A model generated the notes under the pieces. It was not told the origin of the DNA. It saw nothing but the letters and a program-made list of their open reading frames with translations, and made no database searches. A program made the position numbers and the translations under genes. A stretch of DNA of 63,873 nt, filler included, from Octopus bimaculoides (Eukaryota), in NCBI RefSeq assembly GCF_001194135.2. It is 6 parts of 6 records of this genome, joined end to end, with 100 filler letters (N's around TTAATTAATTAA, not from the genome) between each part and the next. Parts side by side here need not be neighbours in the genome. Positions count along the whole stretch, not along the records: positions 1 to 20,388 come from NC_068993.1; 5 more parts are not named here. One strand, written 5' to 3'. Within the stretch, counting starts at the first letter, position 1; each line of letters opens with the position of its first letter. Of this stretch, positions 1-13,003 are shown in pieces.

Positions 1-224
1 TAGGTTTACCTTGTGGATCTATATAAAAACCGGTGGGGGGGGGGGAATCGAAATTTTGAAATTGAGATTTTTGAAAATTTTTTTTCAGAATCGGAATCTC
101 CAGAGCCTAAAACGTGGGATTCCGTAAAAAAAGAAAATAAAACAAGGGGGGAAAGGTTCAGATTACATATAGTCCATCTGGACCATAGTTATTATCAAAA
201 TAGAAAAGCTCTATTTTCATACTG

Positions 225-610
225 ATGCAGGCTTGACTGGGTGGTAAGAAGTTTGTTTCACAACCACATGGTTCTGGGTTCAGTCCCACTATGTGACACC
301 TTGGGCAAGGGTCTTCTACTATAGCCTCAGACCAACCAAAGCCTTCGGAGTGGATTTGATTGAAAGACAGAAACTGAAAGAAGCCCCATCATATATACTG
401 TGTGTGTGTGTGTGTGTTTATCCCCTACCACTGCTTGACAACCAGTGTTGGTTTGTTTACATCCTCATAACTTACTGGTTCAGTAAAAGAAACTGATAGA
501 ATAAGTACCAAGCTTAACAAACAAATACCGGAGTTGATTCATTTGACTAAAAACTCTTCAAGGTGGTGCCCCAGCATGGCCACAGTCTAATGACTGAAAC
601 AGACGAAAAA
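225..610 (+). mobile_element. tRNA-derived SINE (octopus-type: tRNA head, central domain, CA microsatellite, conserved tail)
   Basis: tRNA-like head ending GGTTCAGTCCCAC, then CCTTGGGCAAG core, (TG)n and a tail ...CCCCAGCATGGCCACAGTCTAATGACTGAAAC. Related head or tail pieces recur near 4620, 9690, 14280, 29580, 34370, 38630, 39210, 39370(-), 39770(-) and 46500. Confidence 0.8.
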
Positions 611-1039
611 TTTCAAAACAATAAAATTCACAAAGCAAAACAAATAATATTTGTAAATAATGAATTTTTTTTATTTATAAAAATAGTTGTGTTATAAAGA
701 ATCCAACCAATTTTTAATAAATGAACTTACAAAAGAATAGTGTACAGGTGAAACAGTTCAATGGGAAAACATAGAAAGATAAAGACAAGCCATGGTAATT
801 ATTTCTAACTTCGACATTTGGAAGATTGTCTTATTTTGATATAAAAAGAGAATGGAGTTTGTAACAACTTTTTCAAAATATTACAGATAAAAAGAAGAAT
901 TATTTGTGAAGAAAATAAAAAATCATTAATAATAGATTTATGAATTAGAAACTTAAATAAAATCAAAGGATTTATTATTTTTTTTCTTTGACCAGGAGAA
1001 ATATGATATATTATCCCACATTGTCTGCAGATGGCAGAC

Positions 1040-1250
1040 AATTGTTTTGTTCTGTAACATATTTCAGCAGTTGCAGCCGAAAGCTTCAATTCATTATCAC
1101 CCCCATGTGCTGTGGCCATTCCCTTAGAACATGGAGGGACGAAAAAACGTTTTAATAAATGCCATTATGGTAGGAATGTTTTTCTCTTTTCCTGATTTTA
1201 TAGTTCTTGCTCAGAAGACCATTTATATTACTGGTGAGCAAGATTTAAAA
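1040..1250 (-). mobile_element. possible hAT-related transposase N-terminal relic
   Basis: Minus-strand LKLSAATAEICYRTK weakly resembles the AAEgxxAYHTVKH motif of invertebrate hAT-like transposases; the frame is disrupted. Confidence 0.25.
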
Positions 1251-3940
1251 TTTGGCCTCAGTCAAAGAGAGAAAACAAAACAATATTTCCAACCAAAGTT
1301 CTTGTACCAACAGACATGTGTCATTCGAGAAATCTCTGTTGGTCTCATATTTGGCAACAAACAGAACTAAAAGTAATGTCATCTCTAACAGGCCACCATT
1401 AGTTCACCGCCTGCTGCCATTGTTATGACCAAGAATTGTATATAATGATATAATATACAAATATTTCTCCAAAACTGATTAATCCAATAAAATGTCAATT
1501 CTACAATGAGACAGCGTGTGCCATATAAAACAATGGTCAAGTTTAGAGTTAAATGTAATTCTAGCCAAAATAAATTTTCTGTAAATACTTGAATATAAAA
1601 ACAACTAAATATAAAATAATTCTACTGAAAAAAAAAAAAAGTGCAATCCTGCTAAAATATGCAAGAATTTAATTCTATTTCAAAACATAATTATATTGAA
1701 AAATATGACTTCTGTATTGATTCATTTGTGAAAAGAACTCAATATTTTGGAATATTGAAGGCTTTGGAATCAAGTACAAGACAAAATAACTTTTCTGAGA
1801 AAACCTAAATTCTTTTTTTTACCAAAAGGAAAATTGTTTTTCATATTCAATCAAATACAATTTTTATACTAAAAAGGTACAAAACAAAATATTTCATGTT
1901 TGATTTTGTTTTTTTAAACAATAAACATTTTAGAATTTTAGACATTTTATGGCAGGATAAAAAGCTGAGAAAAATTAATGTTAATTTAAATTTTAACTCA
2001 ACTCAATTGCTTTATTTCAAGAGTGTTGCATAGCAAGTTAGCGTATCAAATAGTTCATTTGGTTGTTTTCAGATCTTACTACAAATATTTCCAAGTAGTG
2101 TCATATAAGATTTATCAAACTATTTCATTAAACATTCTGTGGGTACAGAAGCTAGATTAACAGATGCAATATGGCAGCTTAGTGGAATTAGGATTGCAAC
2201 AGGTCTGTTATTAAATTAAGCCAGTACTGCTCTGGCATTTCTACAACCCATGGCAGGACTCAAACGATAACATTCTAAACATGATCATCAATCCTAACTA
2301 TCTCAACATATTGTTCATTGATCTTTTCCAATCAAAGCAGTTCTTAGACTGTAAACCATGAACTGAGGAGGCAGGGGTAAGCCATTACATGCTCACTAGA
2401 CATGCTAGAAATAACAGGCAAAGCACCTCATATTGTCTTTAAAAATATGAAAGAAGCCCCATACATCCAGGATATTGTAGCTTTGGATGCATTAAAGATC
2501 AGATCACTGCAACTTGAATGTCTTTGACCAAAAGGTCTGTCCTGGAGGGGGGAGGGGGCTCAACAACAACAACAATTATTGTACCCCACAGACTCAGTGT
2601 TTTTGAACACTGTATTGTTATCACAGATACATCGATATGTTCTCAGTGGCCACCACTGCAGATTACTTAGATTGGAGTAAATCAACCAAGACTCCACTAT
2701 CCACTAATTTATGATCAAACCCCACCTATTATTAGCTTCCCCATTTCTTCTCTTGAAATCAATGAATAATTAGTATTAACTTATTATTGATTATCTTTCT
2801 TCTGCCTTATGAAAATTGAGCAGAAAGGATGTGTGGTGGGAGGGGGGAGGGGGCAAGCAACATAGTTATTGATTTCTAAGGGAGGCACAAGGCCACATAT
2901 TTTGGGGGACGGATATAATCGATTGTATATAATTAAGTAATTAGCTTGACCCTTAATACTTAATTGGAACTTTATTTTAATCAACCCATGAAGAATGATT
3001 GGTAAAGTTGACTTTGACATGATTTGAACTCAGAGCTGAAACTGATGTGACTCAATACTGTACAGCATTTTGTCCAAAAGAGCAAGATTCACAAGTCGAG
3101 GAAAAGACTTTGTTTCAAGACAAACTGCAAAGGCCAAACCATTTGTTCATGCATCATTCTTCACAGGGAGACATTATTCCATATGAAGGATTGAGATTTA
3201 AACTATTTTCTGGTGCAAAGTATGTAAGAAAGGAGAAGTAATTCCAACAATGCTAATGACATGGATTTCTGAAGAATTATCAGACACAATTTGGTCCTTG
3301 GAAACTTTCAGTAAAGTGGAACTCAATCTATATTTTCTAATTTGGTAAAGATATAACACATTTTATTTGAATAACATTTAAAAACCAAATTTAAAGAGAG
3401 TGGAACTCTATGAAACTATAGTAACACTATAGAGAGATAGATACATGAAACTATGATGACTACATAACTGTATCAGTGTATTGGCAAGACTATCAGATGT
3501 TGTTACACACCACTGGTTACAATACACTTCCTTGCATTTTGTAGCTTCTGAATGTAGGTAGGGGGTCAGGCCCACATTCTTCCTGAACAGGATGCCAGTT
3601 CATTGCAGGGGAGGGGGGACCCATTTACAGCTGAATGGACTGGAGCAATGTAAAATGAAGGCTCTTGCTCAAAAACACAACATGCACATTTGTTCCAGGA
3701 ATTGAACCCATGATCATGCGATCGTCAGTGCAACACCTTTACCACTAGACCATGTGCCTTCACAGTAACTATAAAGAGAGTAAATATTTGAAACTATAGT
3801 AACAATGAAATTTAAAACTACTTTCTTTTTCTATTTTTCTTTAAAGAAATACAGTTCCAATGAGATCTTTGAATGAATTCAAGAGAGAAAATACTCTTCA
3901 GTAGTTCTTGAAACTTCTATGACTAAATAAATCTTCTTAC

Positions 3941-4116
3941 TCTCTCCCTCTTTTGCAATCCTTTGTGCAACTCTTTTAATAAAATGTTCATATTCTTTAG
4001 TATCAGCAGTTCCCAAATTATTGGTCATGATCCACTTTGGGATATAGAATAAATTAGAAACAGCCATGATGACAAAAGTTTATAGAGACAGAGAGGCATA
4101 AAAGCCACAACACGTA
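3941..4116 (-). CDS. candidate coding exon of an unidentified minus-strand gene (MAVSNLFYIPKWIMTNNLGTADTKEYEHFIKRVAQRIAKEGE)
   Basis: Acceptor ttttgtttgcag ending at 4117, ATC-ATG-G start context at 4067 with an in-frame TAA upstream, and donor gtaag at 3940 (phase 1). Non-repetitive peptide; no family recognised. Confidence 0.35.
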
Positions 4117-6358
4117 CTGCAAACAAAAGCAGAATAATGTTCCTAGATGTCAATTTTATCAATTTTTTTTTTAAATCTGTAATTTTTAAATTTAAAGAAA
4201 AGATTATTAATTTGGCAAAATGGATCACAATGGAAAAAGACTAGGAACTGTTGTGTATCGTTTTGATAACAAGAACCTCATTAACAATCTTGTTACCAGC
4301 TTCTATTGATACTAATTAATAACTACCATAGCTTCTATTTGAACTCATTCTACCTACATCTAACCTCACTAACTAACATTACCTCATGTTGCATACAACA
4401 AGCTCAAAGAATTGACAATCTAAACTAACTTTTCCAGTAATACCATCATACTGGAATTAACAACAAACCCAAAAAGGTAACCATTTAAAAACAACTAATT
4501 AATGCATTGCTAATTAACTTTGTTGGTTCACAATAAACAAAGTGGATGTGGTTTACTTTAACAATTCACAATAAAACTGAAGAAATATTGGCAAGACAAA
4601 GAGAGTTGTGACAAACATAAACAAGAAACAGGACTTGTGTGTGTGTGTGTGTGAGTGTGTATGTTTACTGGTGTAAAACCGGTGTCAAGTTGTGTCCCTT
4701 TATGTTAAAAGGGTAACTTAGTGATTTGATAAATAGAGACTGATAAAATAAACACCAACCCATCTGTACTGGGATCAATACAATGAATTAAAAATCAATC
4801 AATGGTTGTGCCCCAGCATGGCCAGAGTCCACTAAGTGAAACCAGTAAAATAACATCTTAAAAAAAGGGAGGTGACACAATAGATAATGTAGTCTTAGAT
4901 ATGCTATGCCTGAGAAAGTCATATGAAGGCTGACGTGAAACTAAGCCACAACATCATCATCCATAAGTAATGTTTCTCAAGAGATGTCTGCCAAAATGGT
5001 TCAGGCAACCAGTGTTAACTAACCATCTATATTTCTACCCAAGTAGGAAAGGCAGCATCCAAGACCTGCATCAGAGTCTCTAAGAATGGTAACATGATGT
5101 TATCGACCGACTAGAGATCTGATGTGAATGCTTGCAACAAAATGGATTCTGTTGAAGATACCCAAGGATGTGTTAGGGGTGTCAAACTGGACGACAGATT
5201 AGGACTATGGAAAGAAGGCAAGATTTCATTAATCTCTCACTTGGAATATTTAAGTTTCTTTAAATAACCATGTAAATTCACACCATTTTGGTGAAGTGAT
5301 ATATTTAAGTATGTGTGTAAACATAAATGTGTGTGTGTGTGTGCGCACCTGTGTGTTTGTTAATATATGTTTGTACATACATATATACAAAACAGTGCTC
5401 AATGCTAAGATTCAACAATACAGAGGCAGTAGACCAAACATAAATTTCATGTCGATAAACTCAACAAATACATTTCCTGCTCCAAGTTTACTTACAACTC
5501 TTTCAAATGAATGACTTTGGAATCTTTGATCTGATGAAATCACAAGAAAGCTATAGGGAGTATTGGAGTACCTGAGTATATACAGTGACAAGAATACTCC
5601 AAAACTCCTTGTTTCATTACAGAAACTTTAGTTCAAGCTATATATATATATATGGAACACCATAAAAAAAATCGAAGAGTGCATATCAAGATTACTAGAT
5701 TTCCATCAAGGAAATATTTTTGTCTCTTAAATTAATTCCAACCAAATTACTTGAGTTATTTACTAGTGTAAGTTATGGCAAAGTTAATGCTTCAGTTGAT
5801 AAAAACAAACCTTTGGAGTTGTCTCCCTTGTTTGTCCAATCACATCCCCATCCCCACCTCACCAGTTCCAACCAATGTTAATTAAATCGGCAGAGTTCAG
5901 TGAAATTGCCATGGCAGGAGTGGAGTCTCCAATCTTCTGGACAGAATCCTTCTTCAGGATAAAGTTGAATTGGAGGGAAATTAATGAAGAGTAGTTGCAA
6001 CCGATGCTAGTCAGCCTCAAATATTTTCCCTAATCCCCACAATTAATTCTACCATAATTATTTCTCGTGTTTCTTTTTATTTCTGAAACATATTCTTTAT
6101 TATCATCAATTAAAACATTTATAGATTGTTTATCAGTTTCTCAAGTTAACAAGTAATTTCTGTTTGAAATACATTTTATTCATATGAAAGAGAAGTTTAA
6201 ACTGGAGTTTACAAATAATTCAAATGGAAATGATTTCTGATCAACTTTTTAAAAATATTCACTGGGATGATTTCAAATCATGGCATTCATTTTTAACAAT
6301 ATAATTCAACAGAAAACCTCAATTATTCTTGTTTAAATACAACAAAATATTTGTAACA

Positions 6359-6550
6359 GAAACAATTCACCGAGCTAAATGTATAACAATTCACCCAGCC
6401 AAATCTCTTGTAATTCTCATAACCAAATCTGTAGTAATTCTCCTAGCCAGATCTCTAACAATTCTCCTAGCTAGATCTTTTGTAATTCTCTTAGCCAGAA
6501 CTGTAACTAGTCTCCTAGCCAGATCTCTAACACTTCTCCTAACCAGAAAA
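6359..6550. repeat. 24-bp minisatellite, 8 degenerate units
   Basis: Units resembling ctaacaattctcctagccagatct can be phased at a 24-nt period. Confidence 0.85.
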
Positions 6551-6552
6551 AG

Positions 6553-6895
6553 TGCTTGAAGGATACATTCAAAGCCTCACCAAAGAGTTTTGAGATCAAC
6601 CCCAACACCTGAGAAATGCAAGCACAAGACTGCCCTGCCTGGCAAAGCTGCACCAACAGAGATGGTACCCTTTTACAAACAGAATAGAATGGCAGGGACA
6701 CAAAGAAAATGCTAACTACACAAGTCCAGAGCCAACTCCTTGCCTTCAGCCCTAACTGACCACTGGTGCCCAACCTGCAGCAAAGCCTTCTAAGCATGCA
6801 TCAGACCGACTGACCACAGCCAGACATACCGTGCCCCATCTTCGTCTCCCATCTGAGGTCCTTGGTCACCGTCAACAATGACAGATGAACTAATC
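6553..6895 (+). mobile_element. RTE/BovB-like LINE, 3' end
   Basis: Decayed frame like KDTFKAS..FEINPNT*EMQAQDCPAW..CPTCSKAF followed by an RTE-type 3' tail (GTCACCGTCAACAATGACAGATGAACT). Confidence 0.65.
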
Positions 6896-7626
6896 TTAAT
6901 AATAGCCAGGTCTTTTGTAATTCAGTCAAAAATATTAAATTTACAAAAACGTGGGAATTCAAAACATGTGCCATGCTTCCACGTAACTCATTGACTTGGT
7001 GTTCATGTGCATCTGTTCTAGAACACAACACACATCCAAGTTTAGAGTTGAAGAAGATAGTGAACCAAAAATATCCCTTCTGAAGTACTTAAGATCAATT
7101 GTGAAATTATTCTAACTTATTCTTTCAATATTTTGATCTGGACAAAAAGGCTGAGCTCACAGCCATTGTAGGCTCTCCAAGACGAGTGAGACCAACAAAT
7201 GCTGTATGATAAGTTCAAAAACAGCTTCAAATGATGAGAAATATTTTTTTTAATATCATTTTTACATAAAATTGAAGCATTTTGTGAAAGATGGAAATTT
7301 ACAAGTTACAATCGGAATGTGTTAACTTGATGATAAATTGTTATTAGTAAGATCAAAAAATTAAGCAAAATTGAATATAAGAAAATCAAAAGTAGAATAA
7401 CTGCCAAGACATTATAAATGATATGCAGTTGAAATTACATGAGCAAAAATACTTCAAATGAAAATTATACAAAATGAATAAATAACAAAATGGTAAAAAA
7501 AAAAATGAAAAGTTGGAAAGATGAAAATATAACCTGCCTTCTTCTAAAACTGGTTACAAGAAGAACTAAAAGATGTTTCTAGACCTTGTGAATTTTAGAG
7601 TTAATTAGTTTCTAATGGTGTTATTT

Positions 7627-7848
7627 CTAACGAGATTCTTCAGTTTTGTTTTGCATTTTTGTCAGGTTGTGTTGGTTTTCAAACATATAAATTAATTCTT
7701 CTTGTTGAAAAGTTTCCACTGAACCAGGTCTTGATTCCCGAATGTTTCTTAATGCTTCACTGGCTGTCTGATTGTGATACTTAATCAGATAACAAGCAAT
7801 CATGGTACCAGTTCTTCCTTTTCCATGGGCACAGTGGATTGCCACAGC
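7627..7848 (-). CDS. DUSP23: DUSP23-like dual-specificity phosphatase, terminal catalytic exon (copy A)
   Basis: Phase-0 acceptor gttatttttcag|GCT; AVAIHCAHGKGRTGTMIACYLIK..ALRNIRESRPGSVETFQQEE contains HCX5RT and the RPGS(I/V)ET motif typical of DUSP23; stop at 7627-7629. The symbol denotes family, not proven orthology. Confidence 0.88.
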   Translation of the reverse strand, partial: AVAIHCAHGKGRTGTMIACYLIKYHNQTASEALRNIRESRPGSVETFQQEELIYMFENQHNLTKMQNKTEESR

Positions 7849-8172
7849 CTGAAAAATAACAAATATCAATGAATTATCAATGATAGATTCGGGAAAATTC
7901 TATCATAGAGTGAAAATGTGACTGATTACTGGATCAACATCAATAGAAAAAGGATGAAAAAAAGAAGAAATAAAATTTGGTTGACTTATTACAGTGCCAG
8001 AGAAAATGGTGCTTAACTGTGACCCTTAAAGGGTGGTTTCCATATTTTTTTTCCATACCTGCTATCCCTGAAGAACATGTGTATTAGATAACTGCCCAGT
8101 TATCTAACATTCAGTGTGAAACTGATTGATAAGATCAGCTGAAATTGAGTCACAATACTACATACTTTGATA

Positions 8173-8252
<80 letters not shown>

Positions 8253-9116
8253 CAGGGTGTCCCAAAAGGCACTGATGGGTTTCAGTTTTTAATAAATTCC
8301 TTAACTTTACAAATAAATGCATGAAATTACGATACAATATGAAAGACATAATGGTAATTAATATGCACAAGTCAAATTTTGCAACACCACTACATCACGT
8401 ATGAAAAATGACATCACTTAAATGGCAGCCATTTTCGGCCTTGCACACCCATGCCCTTTCCAAAACTTGCACCATAACGCCCTCAAGAGTTTCAGACCTC
8501 ACTTCTCTGATTTCTCTATTGATGTTCTCCTTCAGTTGCATCAGGGTCCCCAGTTTGTTGACATAAACCCTCTCTTTCAGGTATCTCCACAAGAAAAAAT
8601 CCGGGCTAGTCAAGTCTGGGGAACGTGAAGACCAGTTGACATTGACGTGGCGGGAGATTATTATCTATCTCCAAAGCACTGCCGTAGCAACTGTGTTGTT
8701 TCTCTTGTGGTATGAGCAGTTGACCCATCTTGAATGGCCTTCACGTTCCCCAAACTTGACTAGCCTAGATTTTCTCTAGTGGGGATACCTGAAAGAGAGG
8801 GTTTATGTCAACAAACCAGAGACCCTGATGCAACTGAAGGAGAACATCAATAGAGAAATCAGAGAAGTGGGGTCTGAAACTCTTGAGGGTGTTATGGCGC
8901 AAGTTTTGGAAAGGGCACAAGTATGCGAAACCGAAAATGGTTGCCATTGAAGCAATGTCATTTTTCATATGTGATGTAGTGGTGTTGCAAAATTTCCACT
9001 TGTGCATCTTAATTTCCTTTATTTCCTTTATATTGTATGAAATTTTCATGCATTTATTTGTAAAGTTAAGGAAGTTATTAAAAACTGAAACCCATCAGTG
9101 ATTTTTGGGACACCCA
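8253..9116. mobile_element. fold-back (palindromic) derivative of a DD41D-like Tc1/mariner element
   Basis: TA|CAGGGTGTCCCAAAA left end and TTTTTGGGACACCC right end. Arms about 8253-8631 and 8733-9116 are inverted copies encoding ..SPDLTxxDFFLWxYLKERVYVNK..; the spacer adds QDGSTAHT on the minus strand. D-to-D spacing is 41 after correcting one frameshift. Confidence 0.85.
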
Positions 9117-9119
9117 TAT

Positions 9120-9293
9120 AAGCTTTTGATAGAGTCCTCTGCTCACCTCATTTGGTAGGCAATAAGGAAGCTGGGGATAGATGAGTGGTTGGTGAAAGCC
9201 ATATAAGTCATGTACAGGAATGCTGTCAGTAAGGTGAAGGTTGGCAATGAGTATAGCAAGGAATTTAGTGTACAAGTAGGAGTCCACCAAAGA
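9120..9293 (+). mobile_element. RTE-type LINE reverse transcriptase fragment
   Basis: Reads FDRV..IW*AIRKLGIDEWLVKAI*VMYRNAVSKVKVGNEYSKEFSVQVGVHQ, the RT segment leading into GVxQG. Confidence 0.7.
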
Positions 9294-10084
9294 TACAATG
9301 CACCTGAGCTGGTTGCACATAAAAAGCACATTCTGTAAAGTGGTTGGCATTAGGAAGGACATCCAGCCGTAGAAACCATGCCAAAGCAGACAACTGGAAC
9401 CCAGTGGGCCTGTTCTGCTTGCCAGCTCTAGTCAAACCATCCAACCCATACCAGCATGGAAAACAGACATTAAACAATAATGATGATATGTATATATATA
9501 ATGTGTGTGTGTGTGTGTATCTATCACCCAACTACACACACACACATTTTGGATAGCAATACCCATCCAAAATGGAGACAAATATCAACACTTCCATGTG
9601 GCACACTTGAACAATTGTGAAGATTGCTTCACAAGAAACCGTTGGCTCCCTTGTTAACCCACAAATAAAGTATATATATATATATCGGCCTGGCTGTGTG
9701 GTTAAGAAATTCACTTCCTAAGCACATAGTTTTGGGCTCAATCCTAGGGTGCAACAACTTAGCTAAGTGTTTTGTACTAGAGCCACAAGCCAACAAAAGC
9801 TCTGTGAGTGGGTTTGGTACATGGAGACTGAAAGAAGCCTGTCATATAAATATGTGTGTGTATGCATTTAAACTGGTGTTTCTCTAAAACTCGTGTTGTT
9901 GTTATCATTTGTCCCGACTCCAAATCTTCCATTGACTTTGCACATGTGAAGAAAGAGATCCCTTACATGTAAACAAGTAAGAGTTGTCAGGAAGGGTGTC
10001 TGGCCATTTAAACACTGTTTTGGTAATGAATTTGTTTAACAGTGAAGAACAACACATGCAAAATAAACAAACAAATCATTTCAA

Positions 10085-10500
10085 TATGATAGTTTTCTTA
10101 ACATCTGCGTGTGCGTATCTGGTTCTGTTGGAACTCTCTGTTCCCTGGTAGATCCAGATTGAGGAGAGTAAGAGGAAGAAATATGATGAGAGCTTTTGTG
10201 TAGTTATGACAACAAAGCAAGATGTAATAACATTGAGGTGGGATGCAAAGGGTTTGCAGGTCACTCCCTCAGCAAAGTTTACACTATGCTTGGCATCACA
10301 GGGGCCAGTAGGCAGAAGGCCATTGGATTGGTTGTGAAAGCAACAGGTGTCACTTCAAAGTAGTTGTAGATCAGGTGTGATCCCTGGAAAGAGCAGTGCT
10401 ACCATGGGGCAGTGCTAACTGGACACAAGCTAGGGCTCAATCAACACCAGTTGGGTCACCTTGGTGAGGGTGTCTGATGCTGAAAGTCCTAAAACAACTA
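10085..10500 (+). mobile_element. HERO-like (RLE) non-LTR retrotransposon, 3' fragment
   Basis: LVLLELSVPW*IQIEESKRKKY.. and a GITGASRQKAI-like segment match the C-terminal restriction-like endonuclease region of R2-HERO elements, followed by a HERO-like 3' UTR (GGTGAGGGTGTCTGATGCTGAAAG). Confidence 0.6.
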
Positions 10501-10718
10501 AGGGTTTAGGAAGGACCTTTGCTGCTTTTCATCATTTGTAATACAGAGTATGGTGTTTAAGGACTTTGGTTCTCAATCTCAAGGGTTTGACACATTGACC
10601 AAGAGCCTTCCACCACAATCTTGGATTATATTTGGTAAGCAGAAGCCTTGAAGAAATTGAATCTGCTTGAATATGAAGGGTCCAAGTGCCAGAGAAATAC
10701 TTACCAAGATCCATTGTA

Positions 10719-11953
10719 CAATTGTTCAACCAAAAGTAATGCAAAAATAGGCATAATTTCATTTATTAACTGACACAGGGCATTCAAATTACAGGGGTTG
10801 GTTGATTGATTCTTCCACTATACAAAGGTCTCTATCACAGCTGATGCACTTGTGCTTTTACTAATTCCAACTCTTGAACCAAAATGTTCAGGTGTGCTCT
10901 GTTGTACTCGTTTCTTCATAAATTCTTTCCCTTCATCAGCATCATCAAATCTTTTTCCTCATACACTGTTCTTTATTCGACCAAACCAACAGATGATGAG
11001 ACGGCACCAGATTTAGGCTGTTCAATGGATGGAAACCAGTTCCGTTTTCTGATTCTCTGATCAGTTGCAAAGATCTGTGGGAATTGTCAACATGGACTGG
11101 GTTTGTTTTTCGGATTTTCAGGCGATCGCTTCTTCCAAATGGATTCTCTAAAGTTTCTGAGTGTCTCAATGCTCACAGTTCGAGGTACAGCCATGTCCTG
11201 AAGATTAAGGAAAATGATGCCCTGTCATTCCCAAAAAGTCACCATCACTTTCTGTGCAGGTCACCAGCTCTTGAATTTCTTAGGACTTGGGAGAAGAGGT
11301 TTGGCACCATTCTTTGGATTAGCCTTTGTTTCTACATTTTATTTTCCGTCACCAGGGGAGAAAAAAAGTTTTCATTGGCTTTAAACACATCCAGTAGATC
11401 AGAACAGACTTCCATCTTTCGCTCCAAATCAGGCATCAACTGCTGAGGCAACCATTGGCACACAATTTCCAAGACCCAAAGTCTTCTGCCATCTTCTGAA
11501 ATGCATAGTGACCACAGTCCAGTTGTGCAGAAATTTCACAGATGGTGCCTCATCTGTCTGCATGGATCAATTCATTCAATCACTGGTGATTCATGTCAGA
11601 CTCACAATTGATGCTCCCCGACTGTGTGTTTTGTCCTCAATGTTGGTTTTTCCCCTTCTTTAAACTTCATCCATCTGTGCACATTGTTCTTTTCAATAGT
11701 GTCCTCTCTTGAAACAACCTGTTGCCTTCTCTGGATGCCACAGATCCACTCCACTTCCTTCATCAAGAACTCTTTGATGGTTCCTATGTTGCTTCTGCTC
11801 GGAACCCATTATTTACCTGCAATGAAGAACAACAAAAGGAAGAATTACAAAAGAGGGAGGATCACCCAACCAACCCATGCAATTTGAACAAACTTTGTGA
11901 GTTAAAGCCAAAGTTGTAGCATTTTGTGCATTACTTTTGACACAAAATCCTCG
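10719..11953 (-). mobile_element. full-length decayed mariner transposon (about 1.24 kb)
   Basis: Inverted core CAAAAGTAATGCA at 10731-10743 and TGCATTACTTTTG at 11927-11939, with TA at both flanks. Broken frames read DTIEKNNVHRWMKFKEGE, PSPKKFK, KVMVTFWE*QGII and GKRFDDADEGK. Confidence 0.8.
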
Positions 11954-12129
11954 TAAATGTTACTGATTGACCAAAATAACAGGAAACTTTATTCATTGAG
12001 ACAGATGTGAGATTTATCAATATGGAATAAATCCTGTGGTTGTTGTTGTTGTTGGATCCAGCAGACCTATAGCCAAGTGCTCCAGTTGAGACTATTTCAT
12101 CTTTTAAACAGACACAGTGTATCTAGGAG

Positions 12130-12420
12130 TACATTATCTAATGTGTCCTTCCTTCTTGTCACTGTTGTTCTCGGACAGTTGTGATCCAGCTGCCTGTAGT
12201 CAAAAGTATTTCAGCAGCGACCATTCCATCAGAAATAATGCATTACATTATGTCCAAAACATGAAAGCTTTCTCAACTTGATTCTTCGCAACAGCTGTCT
12301 TTGGACTTCCTCTTTTCCAAGCCATTCTGTATTTCTTATCCTCTCTTTCTAACTGATGCTGTTCAATCTGCCAACAATCCACATCTCAAATGTTCTGTTT
12401 TTTCTCCATGGCTATATTCA
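12130..12420 (-). mobile_element. RTE-type LINE 3' fragment
   Basis: Decayed RKLSCFGH.. motif resembling the RKLxxFGHVxR thumb region. Confidence 0.45.
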
Positions 12421-12628
12421 TTATTACTGTATAGCCCCAGGTCACCTCTAATCCAGCAGAATTATGGTCAAAGATGTTCCAACCATGACTATCCTGTCGC
12501 TTATTCAGACACAGTATATTTAGGATTGTATCATCTAATGTTTCAGATTGGAACCTGGTGCAATTCCCTGGCTTACCAGTTTTCAGTCAAACCGTCCAAG
12601 CCATGCCAGCATGGAAAGTGGACGTTAA

Positions 12629-12672
<44 letters not shown>

Positions 12673-12968
12673 ATATATATATACATATATATATGGTAGT
12701 ATTTTGGGATGGTCATTNNNNNNNNNNNNNNNNNNNNNNNNNNNNNNNNNNNNNNNNNGGGGGGGGGGGAATAAATACATATGTGTAACGAAAGATTTCT
12801 GGACAATGGACATGAGTTAAGATAAGAACAGAAATAAATGAGTGAAGAAAAACATAGAAAGTGCATGGGTTTATTTAGCAAAAAAAAAAAAATGATCATC
12901 CCAAAATACAACAATGTCTGTTTCAATACACGATTTCACATCAGGAATCTTGCAACACAAATTGATAA

Positions 12969-13003
<35 letters not shown>

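Noticed and set aside
225-330. tRNA-like A/B-box sequences here and in other SINE heads
   Set aside because: They are followed by SINE bodies and have no intact cloverleaf; not tRNA genes.
8084-8107. 11-bp inverted repeat TTAGATAACTG-cc-CAGTTATCTAA and a nearby minus-strand AG..GT pair
   Set aside because: The implied exon has stops in the frame needed to join the DUSP exon, and the palindrome alone has no support.
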